A stretch of 57,033 bases of DNA, the filler included, from Sphacelaria rigidula (Eukaryota): NCBI GenBank assembly GCA_964200075.2. It is 6 parts of 6 records of this genome, joined end to end, with 100 filler letters (N's around TTAATTAATTAA, not from the genome) between each part and the next. Parts side by side here need not be neighbours in the genome. Positions count along the whole stretch, not along the records: positions 28,569 to 37,990 come from CAXNAA020008540.1; positions 38,091 to 47,512 come from CAXNAA020008541.1; 4 more parts are not named here. The stretch is one strand, 5' to 3'. Positions 34,101 to 47,612 of the stretch are shown here, one piece after another. The translations under genes were made by a program, and so were the position numbers. The notes under the pieces were generated by a model. That model saw only the letters and a list, made by a program, of their open reading frames with translations. It searched no databases and had not been told where the DNA came from. Numbering within the stretch: the first letter of the stretch is position 1; every line of letters begins with the position of its first letter.

Positions 34101-36893
34101 ATGTTGGTAAGCCCTGAGGAATGGTCAGCTACCTTTCCAGTTGGAGTGAGGGGCCATTCATGCACGCAGTGTTCGGTCGCCTTCACGAACCCATCTCCGA
34201 GCTGCAGAGCGGCGGACTATGCTTTTTCGCAGAGGGCAGAAGCTGGACGTCATCATCGAAGAATTCGAGCCCATGTGATGAATGTAAACGAGCTCGTTCG
34301 AGGCCTGAATGTGCCTTGTCGAGATGTGGGCACACCTCTCCAAAGCTGGAGAAACATGGTTGCGCTTGGCACTGACAGGTCACGTCGGATCACGCGTGGT
34401 CACATCAAAAACTATGTCGGTACATCATGCATCGATGACCAGCTAAACGCATCCACCATGAAGCACACTGGACCGAGCTCGGGTGATAGGGCAAGGTGGA
34501 TTGCAACGGCGGCGAATGATGGTATTTTGGTGCGAGGCGGCGCGGCACTTCCGCTATCTACCGCTCTTTTGATGACGGCGTGCTTGGCAGCTGTTGTCGA
34601 GCACCGCAGCAAGATCGGGGCGGTCATTGGCGCACCTCTACTCTGCTTCGGCGTGTTTTGCATCCTCAGGTTAGCTGATATCTTGCCCGCATGTCGGTTT
34701 AGCGTTGTAAAACATGTCCCGCGTTGTCCTTGGTGTTCCATTTCTTCCTTTTTCTTCTCTTTTTTCTGCTGATGTTGTCTTCATCACTTTTTCGTACTTT
34801 CATGGGAGCCGACTAGTCGAGTTCTTGGTCTCCTTTTCTTTCCTTCCCCATATCCTTTTTTCGTGTTTTTCTATTGACCCTCCTTATCGGTCAGTTTCCT
34901 CCGTTTGTTCTATTTCCCTCTGTGTTTTTTCTCATTACTTTCTCGAGTTTTCTTGAGCGCGTTGTTTCCGTGTTGTTCACCTTGTATGCGTCTCTCTTGT
35001 GGATCATGACCGCGGCTGGATCATGATTACCTCGAAGATCAGTTAATGTGCAACAATCAATCACTCCATCAAACACGTCGCGTCGTGCCACTGTACAGAT
35101 GACAGTTTGCTGAGACCTTCGACGCACATTGAGCGCATTTTTAAAGCATGTGTGCTGGATAACGCGTGCCACGTGCTGTCGGATTTCTGCACCGTAATCG
35201 CAATTGAGCTGTCGAGGCTATCGGCAGGGCGGACAATTGTAATTGAGAAGTTGAGTTTGGGACATTTGCGCCGTAAGTCACTTTTCTTTTCTCTGATAAC
35301 GCCGTAATACCACTTCGTATGGGGCCGAAAGTGCAGATCAACCTTGAGAGCATATGTTGACCCTTCGGCAGCGATTTTCGCGCGAAGAGACGAGCAGGCA
35401 GACAATGCCCCTTCGGAACAATCTCCCCCATCACCTGAGAAAATTCCGGCACACTTTGGCGTCCGTTGATACCCGCAGGGTGACCCTAGTTCGACTACTC
35501 GCGTCCCCACGTGTACAACACCGGAACCCAGAATGTGCTATATAAACGACCATACATGTCAGGATTAGAATCTACAACCTTTCCGCTCCAACCGGCCATG
35601 GTGTATCCGTTAGCCCACCGGGGCGCATTTTGCTCATCCACATCCCCCATATGCTATCGCGCATACGATGGCATGGGCGCCGCACGTACCCCGCTGCCGT
35701 TTTTCGCTTTCCCTTGTTCCACACACAGCAACCTGCACCTCGTGCCGGCGACTCACGCACTGTACGACCTCTGCTGGTCGTTCCTGTTGCCGCTATCGCT
35801 GTCCATCATCATTCTGGGAAATCCCGCCGTAGCCCAACGCGCTCTCTCTGGTCCACCATCAGTCAAGCCTACGAGAACATCAAGAGGGACTATTGGACCG
35901 CTGGGAAGGGTGGGACTTGCTTTCGGCATCGGAGCCGCTGGATCTCTTGCAGGGGTAGGGGTTGCCTTCCGGTTTGCCACTGCGAATCTTGGGGGAGTGT
36001 TCATCTTGCCGAGAGAAACGGCAGCGAAGATCGCCGGAGCAGTGGCCGCGACCTATATCGGCGGCAGCGTAAATCTATTTGCTGTGGCTGCCGCGGTGGG
36101 GATGATGGACGCAACGACCACAGGGGGGGCGTCGCTCTTGGGCGCGCTGGCCGTCTCCGACATTTTCTTGATGGCTCTTTATTTCTCAGGGCTGGTGGCG
36201 GCGCACAAAACCCCCTTGTTGCGTCGTGTTTTCCCTGCAGCAGATTGCAGTGTCACACAGGCCCAAGCTGCAACAGAAAGGAATGGTAATCCTATGGTAA
36301 AAGGAGGTGTCAATGGTGCGATGGTGTCTCGTCGTGCCTCGTTCACCGCGGTCGCTAAGATTTCGTGTATGTTGTTACTGGGGAGCGTCGTGTGTGCCGC
36401 CGGGAGGGTGCTTGCGGAACAATCACCGCTGCCTGGAACAGCAACGATGGCTGTGACGCTATTAACCGTAGGCATATCGCGCGTATTTTGTCGACTGGCT
36501 CCGCAGTTGCACGCGAGCATGTTTCGCAAAGCCCCAGCACTCTCTGCGATTCTTCTCAACGTGTTTTTTGCATCTGTTGGCGCATCGGGACGATGGGCCC
36601 AAGTGGTGGGTGTCGCGCCCGCCATTTTTGCATTTGCCGCTGTGGCGTTGGTGGTGCACATCGCGATCGTTGTTACTGGGACGGCGTTATTGAATCGATT
36701 GTGCAGGGTGGGCATAGGAATCGACGAGATGATCGTGGCTAGCAACGCGAATATTGGCGGTCCAAGCACCGCTGCTACCTTCGCAGGACTCATCCGTCAG
36801 GATTCCTTGGTCGTGCCAGCCGCCATTTGGGGGACAGTTGGATACGCAGTTGCGACGACGCTTGGAGTTGCAATATGGGCGTTTCTCAAATAG
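34101..36893 (+). CDS. DUF819 family multi-pass membrane protein; exons 34101-34669 and 35729-36893
   Basis: The phase-2 join gives ILSNLHLVPATHALYDLCWSFLLPLSL. Motifs AATYIGGSVNLFAV, FFASVGA and ASNANIGGPSTAA...GTVGYAVAT are typical of DUF819. The start codon is uncertain. Confidence 0.9.
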
Positions 36894-37616
36894 ATTGCCC
36901 TGTGTTCAGGGCGCTTCCAATTTCAATTCATTTCGATGTTTGGGGCGTTGCCGTCTCGGATTTCGGCGGTGAAACCGGAGTGGTCTCGGCTGGGCCCTCT
37001 ACTCTAAAATGAAGGTCTGCCCGTAACTTATTTGTATTTAGACGTGGTATTTATCGTTTCAGTACCAAAACGCCCAGGTATCATCATGTAAATGCTTTGT
37101 TTTGTGTCTCGTTCGAATCGCGTGTTGCATGAGAAACTACCTGTACTGCAGTATGACTGCGTCCTTGCATTCCTTGCCAAAAACTGCGGTCCTCGCGCCT
37201 CGTACACAGTACAGTTCATGATAACCAGAGCATGTCGGTGACGTTTATTTCATGCATATCCATTTTTGAACTGGTGCGGTATAATAGTTCGCAGATCGGA
37301 GATCGAAAAACTGGTCCACCACACCTCGAAGTACAACGACGATGGACTTGCTGGCATTACTTCTGCGTGCTTTCGAATAAAGCGTCATGAAACATAAGGA
37401 GCAATACCGTGATCGACGGGCTGTCACAGGAGAGGACAACGCTGTAGTGCACAAGCGCGCTGGCACGGCAACACGGAAACGCTAGTGCGTGTGCTACTCG
37501 AAAATAACGCGCTCCTTCCGTGTAATTTAATTCAGTGTGTTTTATTTGATTTCAATGCAGACGTTACCCTTTGGGTGTGAAGCCGATACTGTGTACCAAC
37601 CGCGGCGTGACGCCTA

Positions 37617-37871
37617 CGGCGGACTGCTGCCGAGATAGCCCCCCCCCCACACCGGCCAGAAACGTGCACGGAGGCGATGATCATAGCTGCCGTTAAAGCT
37701 CGTTTCGTGCTGCACGGCGCGACTGATTTGGGCGTTCTAGCTGATTTCGGGCTGCTACATGCCTCTCATGTGGGCGAAATTGAAACGAGTTCAATAGTGG
37801 GATCGCAGCCGGTTCGTTGGATGGTGCCGGTGCATTTTTTGTGGGGGGGCTATCTCGGCATTAGTCGGCGG
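37617..37871. mobile_element. 255-bp Tc1/mariner-type MITE
   Basis: TA|CGGCGGACTGCTGCCGAGATAGCCCCCC ... GGGGGGCTATCTCGGCATTAGTCGGCGG|TA. Confidence 0.75.
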
Positions 37872-37990
37872 TACTACCTGCTCGCTGCACAGCGGCAGGG
37901 TTTAAGGTGACGAAGCATACAGTAGTCAGCGTCAGAAGTATGCAGAATCCGTAATTTCTTAGTTTCTCAAAGATTGTCCAAATTTGTTTT

Positions 37991-38090
37991 NNNNNNNNNN
38001 NNNNNNNNNNNNNNNNNNNNNNNNNNNNNNNNNNTTAATTAATTAANNNNNNNNNNNNNNNNNNNNNNNNNNNNNNNNNNNNNNNNNNNN
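37991..38090. other. Artificial 100-nt linker
   Basis: N44-TTAATTAATTAA-N44. Confidence 0.99.
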
Positions 38091-38589
38091 GGGTATGTGT
38101 GATCTCCTGTAGAAGGTCATTTTGTCGATCTTTTTTTTTTTTGCTCTGGAAAGAGAGTCAGGCTGGGGAGCTGGGGTGGGGGGGACCTCGATTGCATCCT
38201 CTTACCGTGAGAACACGAACAGCGAGCACTACAGCATCGTTGAGCGGACGGGGCGTGATGTGGAGTTTCGAGTTTAGAAAAAGAACAAATGGATAAGGTC
38301 GCATTATGTTATTCCCAGGTTGAGAACACTGCGTCCAGAGTGTTTGATTTTCAAATTTGTTTGCATATTTGTTCAGTCTTCCTACCACGGAAGTACAGTG
38401 TGGTCGCAATACATGAAGGCCAAAGGGCCTTGAAGGATTTTTCTCGCTTTCGGACTAAATAAATTTGACGCACATGTGTAGCTAACCGTTGGCGAGAGGG
38501 GCTATACAGGTGAACCGTTCAACGGGATGACTGCGATCGCCGAAAGTTAACCTCGCACTCTGGACTGAATACACGATAAAAGTCCATTG

Positions 38590-40150
38590 CTTCAGCAACA
38601 GACACGGGTAAAATCTATCGATATATACTACCGAACACGATAGATGGTGGAACACATATATTGATATATATATTGCAAGAGACAACAGATGTTGCAATAG
38701 TCGATGAACATCACTTGCCATCGATGGACATCGTGTACCGCAATAGATTCTGGGTTGTATATATCGATAGCCATTGCCGTAATCAAAAGGTTTGGCGAGA
38801 TATCCATCGATAGTCACTGCCGTCATCAACAGTTTAGGTAAGCCATCTATCGGTAGCCTCTGCCGCGAACAATGCATTTTTTGGTATCTACCAATATGGG
38901 CATTGCCCTCAACAGTCGGTTGTTCTGGGGAGCACCCATCGATAGCCAGTGACGCCAACGACAGGATTTGAAAAAAAGATTGCTCACCGCAGTGGTCTCA
39001 TGATATCAACGGCAATTTCCCTAGCACATGAATACGCAATGACCTAAGGCGATAAGCTGGCCATGGCTCCTGTGGAATAAGGTGGAAACATGCAGCGAAA
39101 TATGTGCATGCATAGCGCTAGTGATGACGCCGTTCAGCTACTTTTGTGGTCAGCAATAGAAATTAGTGGCCGCGATTCAAATTTCATTGTGACCAGCGGT
39201 AGACATTGGTGGGCTCATTTGATACCTTAGTGTGACGAATAAAATGTATTGGTGGCCGCGTGGTAGATCCTATTGTGATGAGTAGTATAGATTGGTGGCC
39301 ACAATTCAGAGCCTGTTGCAACAAATAGAATGTATCGATAGACAACTTGGCCCCTCAATTGTCACGGCGATTATACATTCTGTCCGTTGTCCCGAATGTA
39401 TTGTCGCCTACAACAGCTATCGATATACTTTGATGCCAGTCGATTCTGACTGACAATGAACGTTGACGGACAAATTTTCGGGGCTACTGCAGCGCCAATG
39501 CTCTATTACAAGGTGTTTTGTCCAGGGTATAAGCACATCTCACCCACACTCAGAAGTACTGTAAGCGCTCATGTCCATCAGAGGGACAAGCATAACTACT
39601 TGAACCACATCAACAAGAAGTTGTAAACTCTTGTCCACACATATCGCGGATCCCTACAAACTGCAAGCGTTCCAAAACTGTAGAAACGTGATGTCAGGAG
39701 TAGTATCATCATATACCCACTGCATGTCCAACTGCGGCTTCTCTACCGTACCCTAACGGAGTATAGTATGCTCCAGACGTCGTATGTTGCGATGTAGGTG
39801 TGGCGATAGACGACAGGGAATATCTATCGGTAGGCATTGCATACCACGGTAGATTCTGGTACAGTATGTACATATCGGTAGTCATTGCCGCCGTGCATGG
39901 ATTTATACGCAATCTATCAAAAACTATTGATCAATAGAGTTGGAAAGCTATCAATCGATGCATCTGGTGGGCCGAAATAGAATTTGGTGTAGGGCCACAG
40001 CAGACTGCTGCCTAGACCAAGAGTGTGGAAAACTGGTCTATCGATGGAAATTGCCAACGACCAGAGGAGGATAAAATCGACTATCGATGGCCATAACGGA
40101 CGACAATATTGGCATCTACTGCAGCAGATTCTATTGCTAGCGCAATAGTT
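38590..40150. repeat. Degenerate ~40-43-bp minisatellite blocks
   Basis: Recurring (C/T)ATCGATAG.CA.TGCC units at about 38700-38960 and 39820-40100, and ATTGGTGGCC...TTGTGAC units at about 39160-39340. Confidence 0.55.
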
Positions 40151-40534
40151 GCCGTCCATTGTCCAGGGTGTGGTTAACTTGCAATACTACACGGGACGGG
40201 CTTCAAGTTTCTATTTTATGTTTTTGAATCTAGTCTTATTTACATATGCAACACGCTCACGACCCAAATGTTGACTTCATGCGGTGAGCTTTTGATTTTT
40301 TTCATGTTTTTTTCGAAGACCAAAACATTGAAATGCGCATGTTCATGTATTATAGTAGCACGATACCAGGCAAGAAGCACACATGAGAAATACCTCGTCT
40401 CAGTTTTCCACGAGCTGCAGTTTGCCTCCTCTTGAGCCACCACACCTCAAACTGTACCTTCGCTCCTCGCCTCTTCTCCATTAGTCTCCGTTCCAATTCT
40501 TTCCTGCGATACCTTTGTTTCTCATGTATCGCAG

Positions 40535-43500
40535 ACATTGGAGCCTCCACCTGGTTCTCGTTCGGTTCCGCCGAGCGAGTCCATATCGACTCGAGCCGGA
40601 GCCCCTTCGGTGGCGGCGCCAGCCGCCGCTTCCACTGTCCGATCAAGCGGTCTGCCTCCCCCCGGCCCAGGACAAGCGGCGGCTTTGGCTCTGCAGCAGC
40701 AGTCAGCGTTAGGGTCGACGGCACCGACTCTGGACCTTGCCCGTCTCATCCACAATGCTGAGGTATTCGCTGAGTCGGGATCGTTCTTGCAGTTAGTTGG
40801 CTGTGTTGAGATAGTACATGGAGATTTACGGGCACACGATATCCGCAGGATTACTGCATTGCGGAGCTGTGAGTGACTGCTTTGCGAGAAGAAGTGTCGT
40901 GTGAGGGTATCATATAATACATACTAAATATCATACACAGTACAGTAGCAGGTGATGAGTCGAAAAGTCCATGACGCTTGTTCCACGGAACCGTCGTCTA
41001 TTTCGGTCTGATAATTTTCGTCTGCTTTCGTGTACACCTACTGTGCTTCCTCCCTCCTGCACGAAAAAAACAGGAGGGCGGCATGACCCTGGAAGAACTA
41101 GAGGCTACCTTGGCGTCACCGATCGTCGCGACGCCTCCCGCCTTGCTCCGTCCTGGGGTTGGCCCGGCGGCCCGCGGTGCTGCTGGGCGCGGTCAGAGTC
41201 ATGTGGGCCGCCCAGCTGTATCCGGCTCTTTCACGTCAAGGTAATGAGGATGGAAATGACGCGAGTCCTTGGGCACGGTCTTGTGTGGGTGTTACTCTTT
41301 CGCGGATGCCAGATACCGCAGATGAAACCCTGATTTCAAAGGGAAGAATGTGGGGGAAAAGTTCTGCGTCGTTCGTGCCGCACATCGAGTCGAATTCTGT
41401 TGGTACTGGGAGTGTTGCTCGCAAATAGGGAAGATGTGCTTAGCTGTAGCGTCAGGGTTTTGCATGCGTTGAAGGTCAGCTCGTGAGGTCTGGAGCCCAG
41501 AGGGCCACGGCAACTTGTGATTTATCACAACCGTGTTCATTGTTTTAAGTAGAATTCGACAGGAGGTGCGTATGACAGTTGTTGGAAGCATAGGCCACGA
41601 ACCGCGTTGGACCGCGAAGACGTGGAGGAAGGGGGTGCTACGCATGTTACATTGTGTTACATTCACTGAAACGCAGTTCTAGTCAGTTATTCTCCATGAA
41701 TCAGAGGTTCATTTTGGGGTAGGGGTGCAGCGGGTCGCAAAAATTGCATGATAAAACATGCGGGCAATGCTGTCAGTCGCAGTGACGTCGGTCCGCATTC
41801 TTGGATCAAGCTGATTGTGCTATGAGCTTCATGAAGTCGAATTTTGAGGCGCTATTGGTCGAGTTTTTGAATGTAGGACCTGGGCAAAAACAGTAATGAC
41901 ATCACATTTCAGGCTTCCTCTTCACTGGACATGAAATGCATAAGTCGTGTTCAATGTTTTCGTCCAGTCATCAAGTATGGATGTGTGTCTTACTTGATGC
42001 GTGTTACCCTGGGATGCAATTGTTGTCATGATGCCGGGTGTCCTTTTTAACCTGCAACTGCCCGCGTAATGAACACAGTTTCGTCTCGTCCGTGGTATCT
42101 ATCATCACCTTCATTGTGCCACCTTCTTCTGCCCTGCCCCGTTATGGACGTCCGTTATTTCCAAGTAGCCGGTCACCAGTACGTCTGCAATTGTTTTGAC
42201 ACGTTGCACCCTCAGCCCTCACCAAAACAAAAACCCGAACACACGTTGAACAACACAAACAGGTCGACCTCGGCGACCTCGAACACCAACTACACGGAAG
42301 ATGAGATGTCCTCGGGACAGACCACCGATGTCAGCCGTACCAGCTCGTTCCAGGCGCAGAGCTCGTTTGAGGATGCCCGACATGCTCAGGCAGCACAAGC
42401 ACATCGTTACCAGCAGGAGCCGCCAGGCGCCGCCGCCGGTGGAGTTACAGCGGGTACTGGGTTAGGAGGCCCTCAGGGCAGCAGCAGTCTTGCGGAGCAC
42501 CTTGCCCGTGCTGAAGACAAGGTCTGCCATGATGTTTTTGTTCCCAACCTCTGGCATTCCGGATTTTATTCCTATTTCTGTGTTGGACATGGTTGATGCC
42601 GCCAGCCAGCTCCCTCTCTTTTGCCCTGTTTTGGAAGCAACAATTCGCATATCCCATTTTGAATCACGCGTTTGTGTGTGCATGTGTGTGTCCTTGTTTT
42701 TGTTCGCGGTCTTGGTGACGGAGTCACATGTTGTGCAACTTGTTGTCATCCCCCCCCCCCCGCGCGCGCCTGCTCCCGACTATACGCTGCACGACACATG
42801 TCATATCTGCGATCACCAAACACGAGAAAATAGGTGGGCCGAGGGTACGAGAAGGGCCTCTTGTACAGACAAGGTCCCGAGGGCGTGGCTGCTGCCGTCG
42901 CTGGCGAAGAGATACCGATGAACGTCAGCGCTACTGCTGGCGCGGCACCGGGCGGTGGTGCTCGTGCAGGTGATGTAGACGTAGACGTGGTCGGGCAGGG
43001 GCGCATTGAGTCCTTGGCGGATATGCTTGCTCAGGCGGACGATGGACCGGGCAACCTTAAGGAGCTTTTCCAGAGGGTGAGGACACAGGCGATCAGTGGA
43101 ATGTAGTACTTTTTATTTTCTTGCTTCGTTTTTAATGGTGATGGTGATGGTGATGGGGATCATGGTGGCGTTATCGTTGTTGCTCTGTGATAGCCTCGTA
43201 GCTTGCTTCAAAACGTGTGTGGAGATTTCCCAACATGTTTCGTGGCGAAGGGAGAGGTTGAGTTGTGCGGCACCTCGTTGTGTGTGGGTTAATGATGTTC
43301 TTGTCCGCGGCAGTTTTGACGGCGAATCAGGTACTTGCTCCTCCGATTTTTGACGTGGTATTTATAGAGGTGATGCAGAGAAAGATCCAAAAGTAGCGCG
43401 ATACTGTTATTCACGGTGCAAGGTATTTTCGACAGGAAACGGATGGTCGGGGATGATATGGGTATGATGCTAGTACGATTTGCTACATGTGCCCGGGTGA

Positions 43501-46500
43501 GGGACATGAGAAAACACCCGCACAACGTATGCGCTTCGGTGTTGAATATCGTGTATTCGTCGTAGTACTCTCGTTTCCCGCGTGTGTTTCACGTGTTGCT
43601 CTTCTTGTGTCACAATGAGTTCGTGTTGGTGCATGTACTTTTTTCATGCTGTCTATGCGCACTGTACGCAATGCTTGACGCACGCACCAGTTGGATGCTA
43701 TGGAGGCCAAACGATTGGAGGATCTCAACGCTGCTGCCAGCGCCGCGGATGCCGACGACGAAACTAAGGCCAGGTATGGTGCATGACGACAACTACAACC
43801 CCGAGGCGTGCGCTTGCTTTACCTGTCCTCTTCAGGGGGCGTACCTGAGATCAAACAGTGACTCACCACTATGCAGTGAAATTTTGCCAGTCTCGCACGT
43901 CACGTTTTCGATGACAGCTATGAAACCAGCCCACATTATTTATAGTATTACACATCTCGAGGACTACGCGCGGCTTCGCGTGTGCAGTGAGGCATGAAAT
44001 TTACGCCGGTGGAAGAAGTTTCATGTTGGATTACCTGAAGCAAACGCCGCGTCTTATTTTTTCTTGACGAGGTCAAACTTGTGATTGCTGTCGTGGAGTA
44101 GTTTGCACGACCAAAATGATTCGGGGCGTTGAAGCCCAGCCCGCCGCCTCGTCATCATATTGTTGTTGTTGTTGTTATTGCCGGTATACTAACTAATACA
44201 TCGTTTCATGTTTGGTTGTGTTTTGTACCACTCTCTCCGAACAGATGGCGGGGCAGTCTGGCGGAGCTTATGGCGAAGGCGGATCAAACGGGCCACCTGC
44301 GAGGTGTTCTGGATCTGCACGAGAATAGCGCCATCTCCGAGAGTGCTCCGTCTGAGGGAAACTGGGGGCAAGATTACATCACATCTGCGGTGGGTTTCTA
44401 TTTAATACAATCTCAACTCGGCATGTGTCTGTGCAGCACTCTTGTTAAGTATTCGGTGGACCGTATGTGTACATGTAGGTTGGGGAACGGGAGGTACGAA
44501 TGCGCCGCAAAGGTTACGGTGATGCATCGAACGAGGACATGTGAATTATGGAAGAGGTATGCCCTGTTCCGGCGAAAACGTGGCGTTCTCCTTCCCAGCT
44601 TTGTAGACACAGACCCCCTATGGTGTTGGCGTCGGTTGGCAATGACGCTGTAAAACACGCCATTCACTGCGTAAGCTGGGCAACCATGTTACCTTTTTTT
44701 TTGCGGTAACCATGATGGTAGTTGAGCTAGATCATATCGTGCGAGGTGGGATAAGCTCAACTCCGCGCAACGGGGATGATGGTCCTACGTATTGTTTGAA
44801 TGGTGAAACACCCATGAAGCAGTGTTGAAGCCGTGGCTGTCTCTGGAAGTGGAAATACCAAAAAAATGAAGTAATTCATTGTAGGCTGCCATCCAAATGC
44901 AAGGCGATCAGTAGGCTTCGGGCCGAAAATGTTGGCAGGATGTAGGTCACCCTTTATGCGACTCGCTGAACACACCACGGCGCTTCGCGCTTGGTGACTG
45001 AGAGCGAGCCTGGTTCGGCGAGAACCCGGCGTGTTCCGTCCCGGCTTTGTAGGGATGCAAGGTCAATGGTCATTTGACTAAAGCATTCGAGGTCATGAGT
45101 TCATCCCCCGTGAGGCAGTGTGCAGGACGTGGCTTGTCTCGGAAAGTGGGGATACCAAAAAAATGAAGCAACTCATTGGAGGCTGTCATCCGAACGAAAG
45201 ATAATCAGGACGCTTCGGGCCGAACAGTGTTTAAATAATGCATCTCACTTTTTATGCGACTCGCGGAGCACGCTACGGCGCCTCCCGCGTGGTGATCGAT
45301 TGCAAAGGTGGTCCGGCGTTGTAGGAATGCTAGGTTTATTCTTTGGGTACCGAGCCTCCAGAACGACCCATGAGGTTGGTTAGGAATGACGTGTCTGGCG
45401 TCCGCACGAGACGGTGGCGTGTTGCTGAAAATCCGCGTATGTAACCACAGGGTTATAAGGAAGATTGAAAGTCTCATCCAATCTATTTTCAGGTGCAGGG
45501 TGCGCATTAAGTAATGTACATGTGATGTAGCAAGCAGTATGGGTCGCGGTAGATAGTCTAACAGGATGCGGCGACCGGCGGGCCGCCCGCGACTCTGGCT
45601 TTGAATGATATTATTGCCCCCATCACCTTGCCACACAGCCCTTCGTGGTCGGGTTGGGCCGCTATTTCCCTCTTTGTTGCATGCGACAAAATCTCTTCAA
45701 TATGGGCGTTGCGGCACGCATGCATACAGTATAGTACAGTACAATGCAGTACGCCTCTCCGACTGTAGCAGCAGCTGCCGCTGCATACTCCCTGGCACGC
45801 TCTAGGCAGTTCTCAGCTACCGAGACCAACTGCCTATGAACCACTTCTTCATCCCCGCCCACTACATACATGTTAACTGCACACTGCAAGTCATCGGCAG
45901 ATGGATAAGCAGTATTTATTACGGTGGTTCCTTGTCTTTCCACAGCTCACCCGGGTCTAGTGCCTCTTGAAAATGACCACATTGTAGCATGTACACTCCT
46001 TCCCGGTTTTTCCGCTCCACCCTGTGTCAGTGTAATTATTATGTTTTGGTATAGGCTGGTGATCCCAAAAAAACTGGAGAACCTCGGGAACACTATACTG
46101 AATGCAAGTAGTACCATAAAAGCAAGCTGCGACCACCCTGCACCTGGAAACCTGGGAAGGCTTATCTGCGCCAAGGATGGGGCCCCCACAAGATCTTTGC
46201 AGTGACCTCACACTCGAAAACAATCCCCGCGCTGGTCGTTCGGGTCTGGTCGATAAATTTCGCCTCGCCGTGATTGGGCAGGTCGCTCCCTGACTTTTTT
46301 TTAATTTCACCAACACAGGGTCAAAGCTGTGTTAGTGGGGGATCGGTCCGAAAAGGATTAATGGTCATGTGACTACTATTATACGGCATGCAAAATCATC
46401 AGTACTCCCCCCCCCCTCCCACCTCCGCGATACTAGTCCGTTGACTGTCTCTTGATTGAATACTTGTGTTCGACATTCAACAACAGTACGCGCATCTCAC

Positions 46501-47007
46501 ACGATCTCCCGCCGCCTTCACCCCACCACTGCGAATCGTCTTCATGATATCTGGTCGCTCGCTAGAGCTCGGTCGGGAGCGCTATGTGGGGAGCTACAGC
46601 GGGCCAAGACAGCAAGGCACAAAGCAAGTCACGTTCTGAGTGACTGATCCTTCACGGTCATCATTTTACGAGACAATAGACTCACTGGGAGCAAAACCGT
46701 GGCTGAAGTGTGGTGCGGTGCGTTGCACTGGCTTGCGTTTCATGTCGGCGACCTCGTTTGGGCGGGAGAGCAAATATAGCAAATACACGATAAGTGGGGT
46801 TTTGGCGGTCCTTTAGACTGCCACTTTGTACGACATGAAAAAAACCTGCCTGCTGGTACTTTTGCTTGATTCTCACTCTCGCTCGCGTTCTTCCGTTGTT
46901 TTTTTGTTTTCATCCGATGGGCGGGTACGGCTTGCACGTCTCACGGGCTCTTGTTGATTTTATAGGTGGAATATGGTACGATAAGGTTGGAGGAGCAGAG
47001 ACGATAG
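40535..47007 (+). CDS. Uncharacterised protein, 5'-incomplete; exons 40535-40762, 41074-41240, 42263-42521, 42834-43076, 43691-43773, 44245-44389 and a tentative last exon 46966-47007
   Basis: All six main exons have AG/GT boundaries and matching phases (0,2,0,0,2,0), giving one open frame. The protein is Ala/Gly/Pro/Ser-rich with a recurring L-A-x-x-[LIM]-x-x-A-[ED] motif. Confidence 0.8.
44810..45340. repeat. Diverged ~300-bp tandem duplication in an intron
   Basis: CGTGGCT...ATACCAAAAAAATGAAG...GCTTCGGGCCGAA...TTTATGCGACTCGC occurs at about 44832 and again at about 45128. Confidence 0.8.
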
Positions 47008-47429
47008 AATATGCCACGTGGACGATGTATTCTCAGGCATGAGTTAAGAAGGTTTCCGAAGACTTGCCGGGCATTTGCCATCGAGACGACGGTTTTGGTG
47101 GTTCTCCGCCTTGTATTGTCATGAGGGCATGCGTCGAAGATCTAGCTGTGGACGCTTCTTTTTCGTCTTTGCAACAGAGTTCTGGGGTAAAAAGTGACCA
47201 CAGCTAGCTTCGGCTTGCATCGTTTGGTGCGCCCGTGCATGGTGTGTTTCGTTAGTCAGTCGCACAGGCTGATCACGTCATGAAGAGGGTGGGGTGGGGA
47301 GGATGACAGACTTGTGATACAAGGTGTCGTCACGCTTTTCTTGTCAATCAGGGTAGAGAGCAAAAACGGCCGCTTTGAAAATGATGGACTTGCGATATTT
47401 GGCTCCGCGATTGCGTAGACCGTGCGTAT

Positions 47430-47460
<31 letters not shown>

Positions 47461-47512
47461 GGGTGGGTTTGTTAATTTTTATCTGTTCTTTTTTTCTCAC
47501 AATCCCGTTCTT

Positions 47513-47612
47513 NNNNNNNNNNNNNNNNNNNNNNNNNNNNNNNNNNNNNNNNNNNNTTAATTAATTAANNNNNNNNNNNNNNNNNNNNNNNNNNNNNNNN
47601 NNNNNNNNNNNN
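47513..47612. other. Artificial 100-nt linker
   Basis: N44-TTAATTAATTAA-N44. Confidence 0.99.

Noticed and set aside
40350..40724. Charged 124-aa minus-strand ORF
   Set aside because: Antisense shadow of a + strand exon and its polypyrimidine tract.
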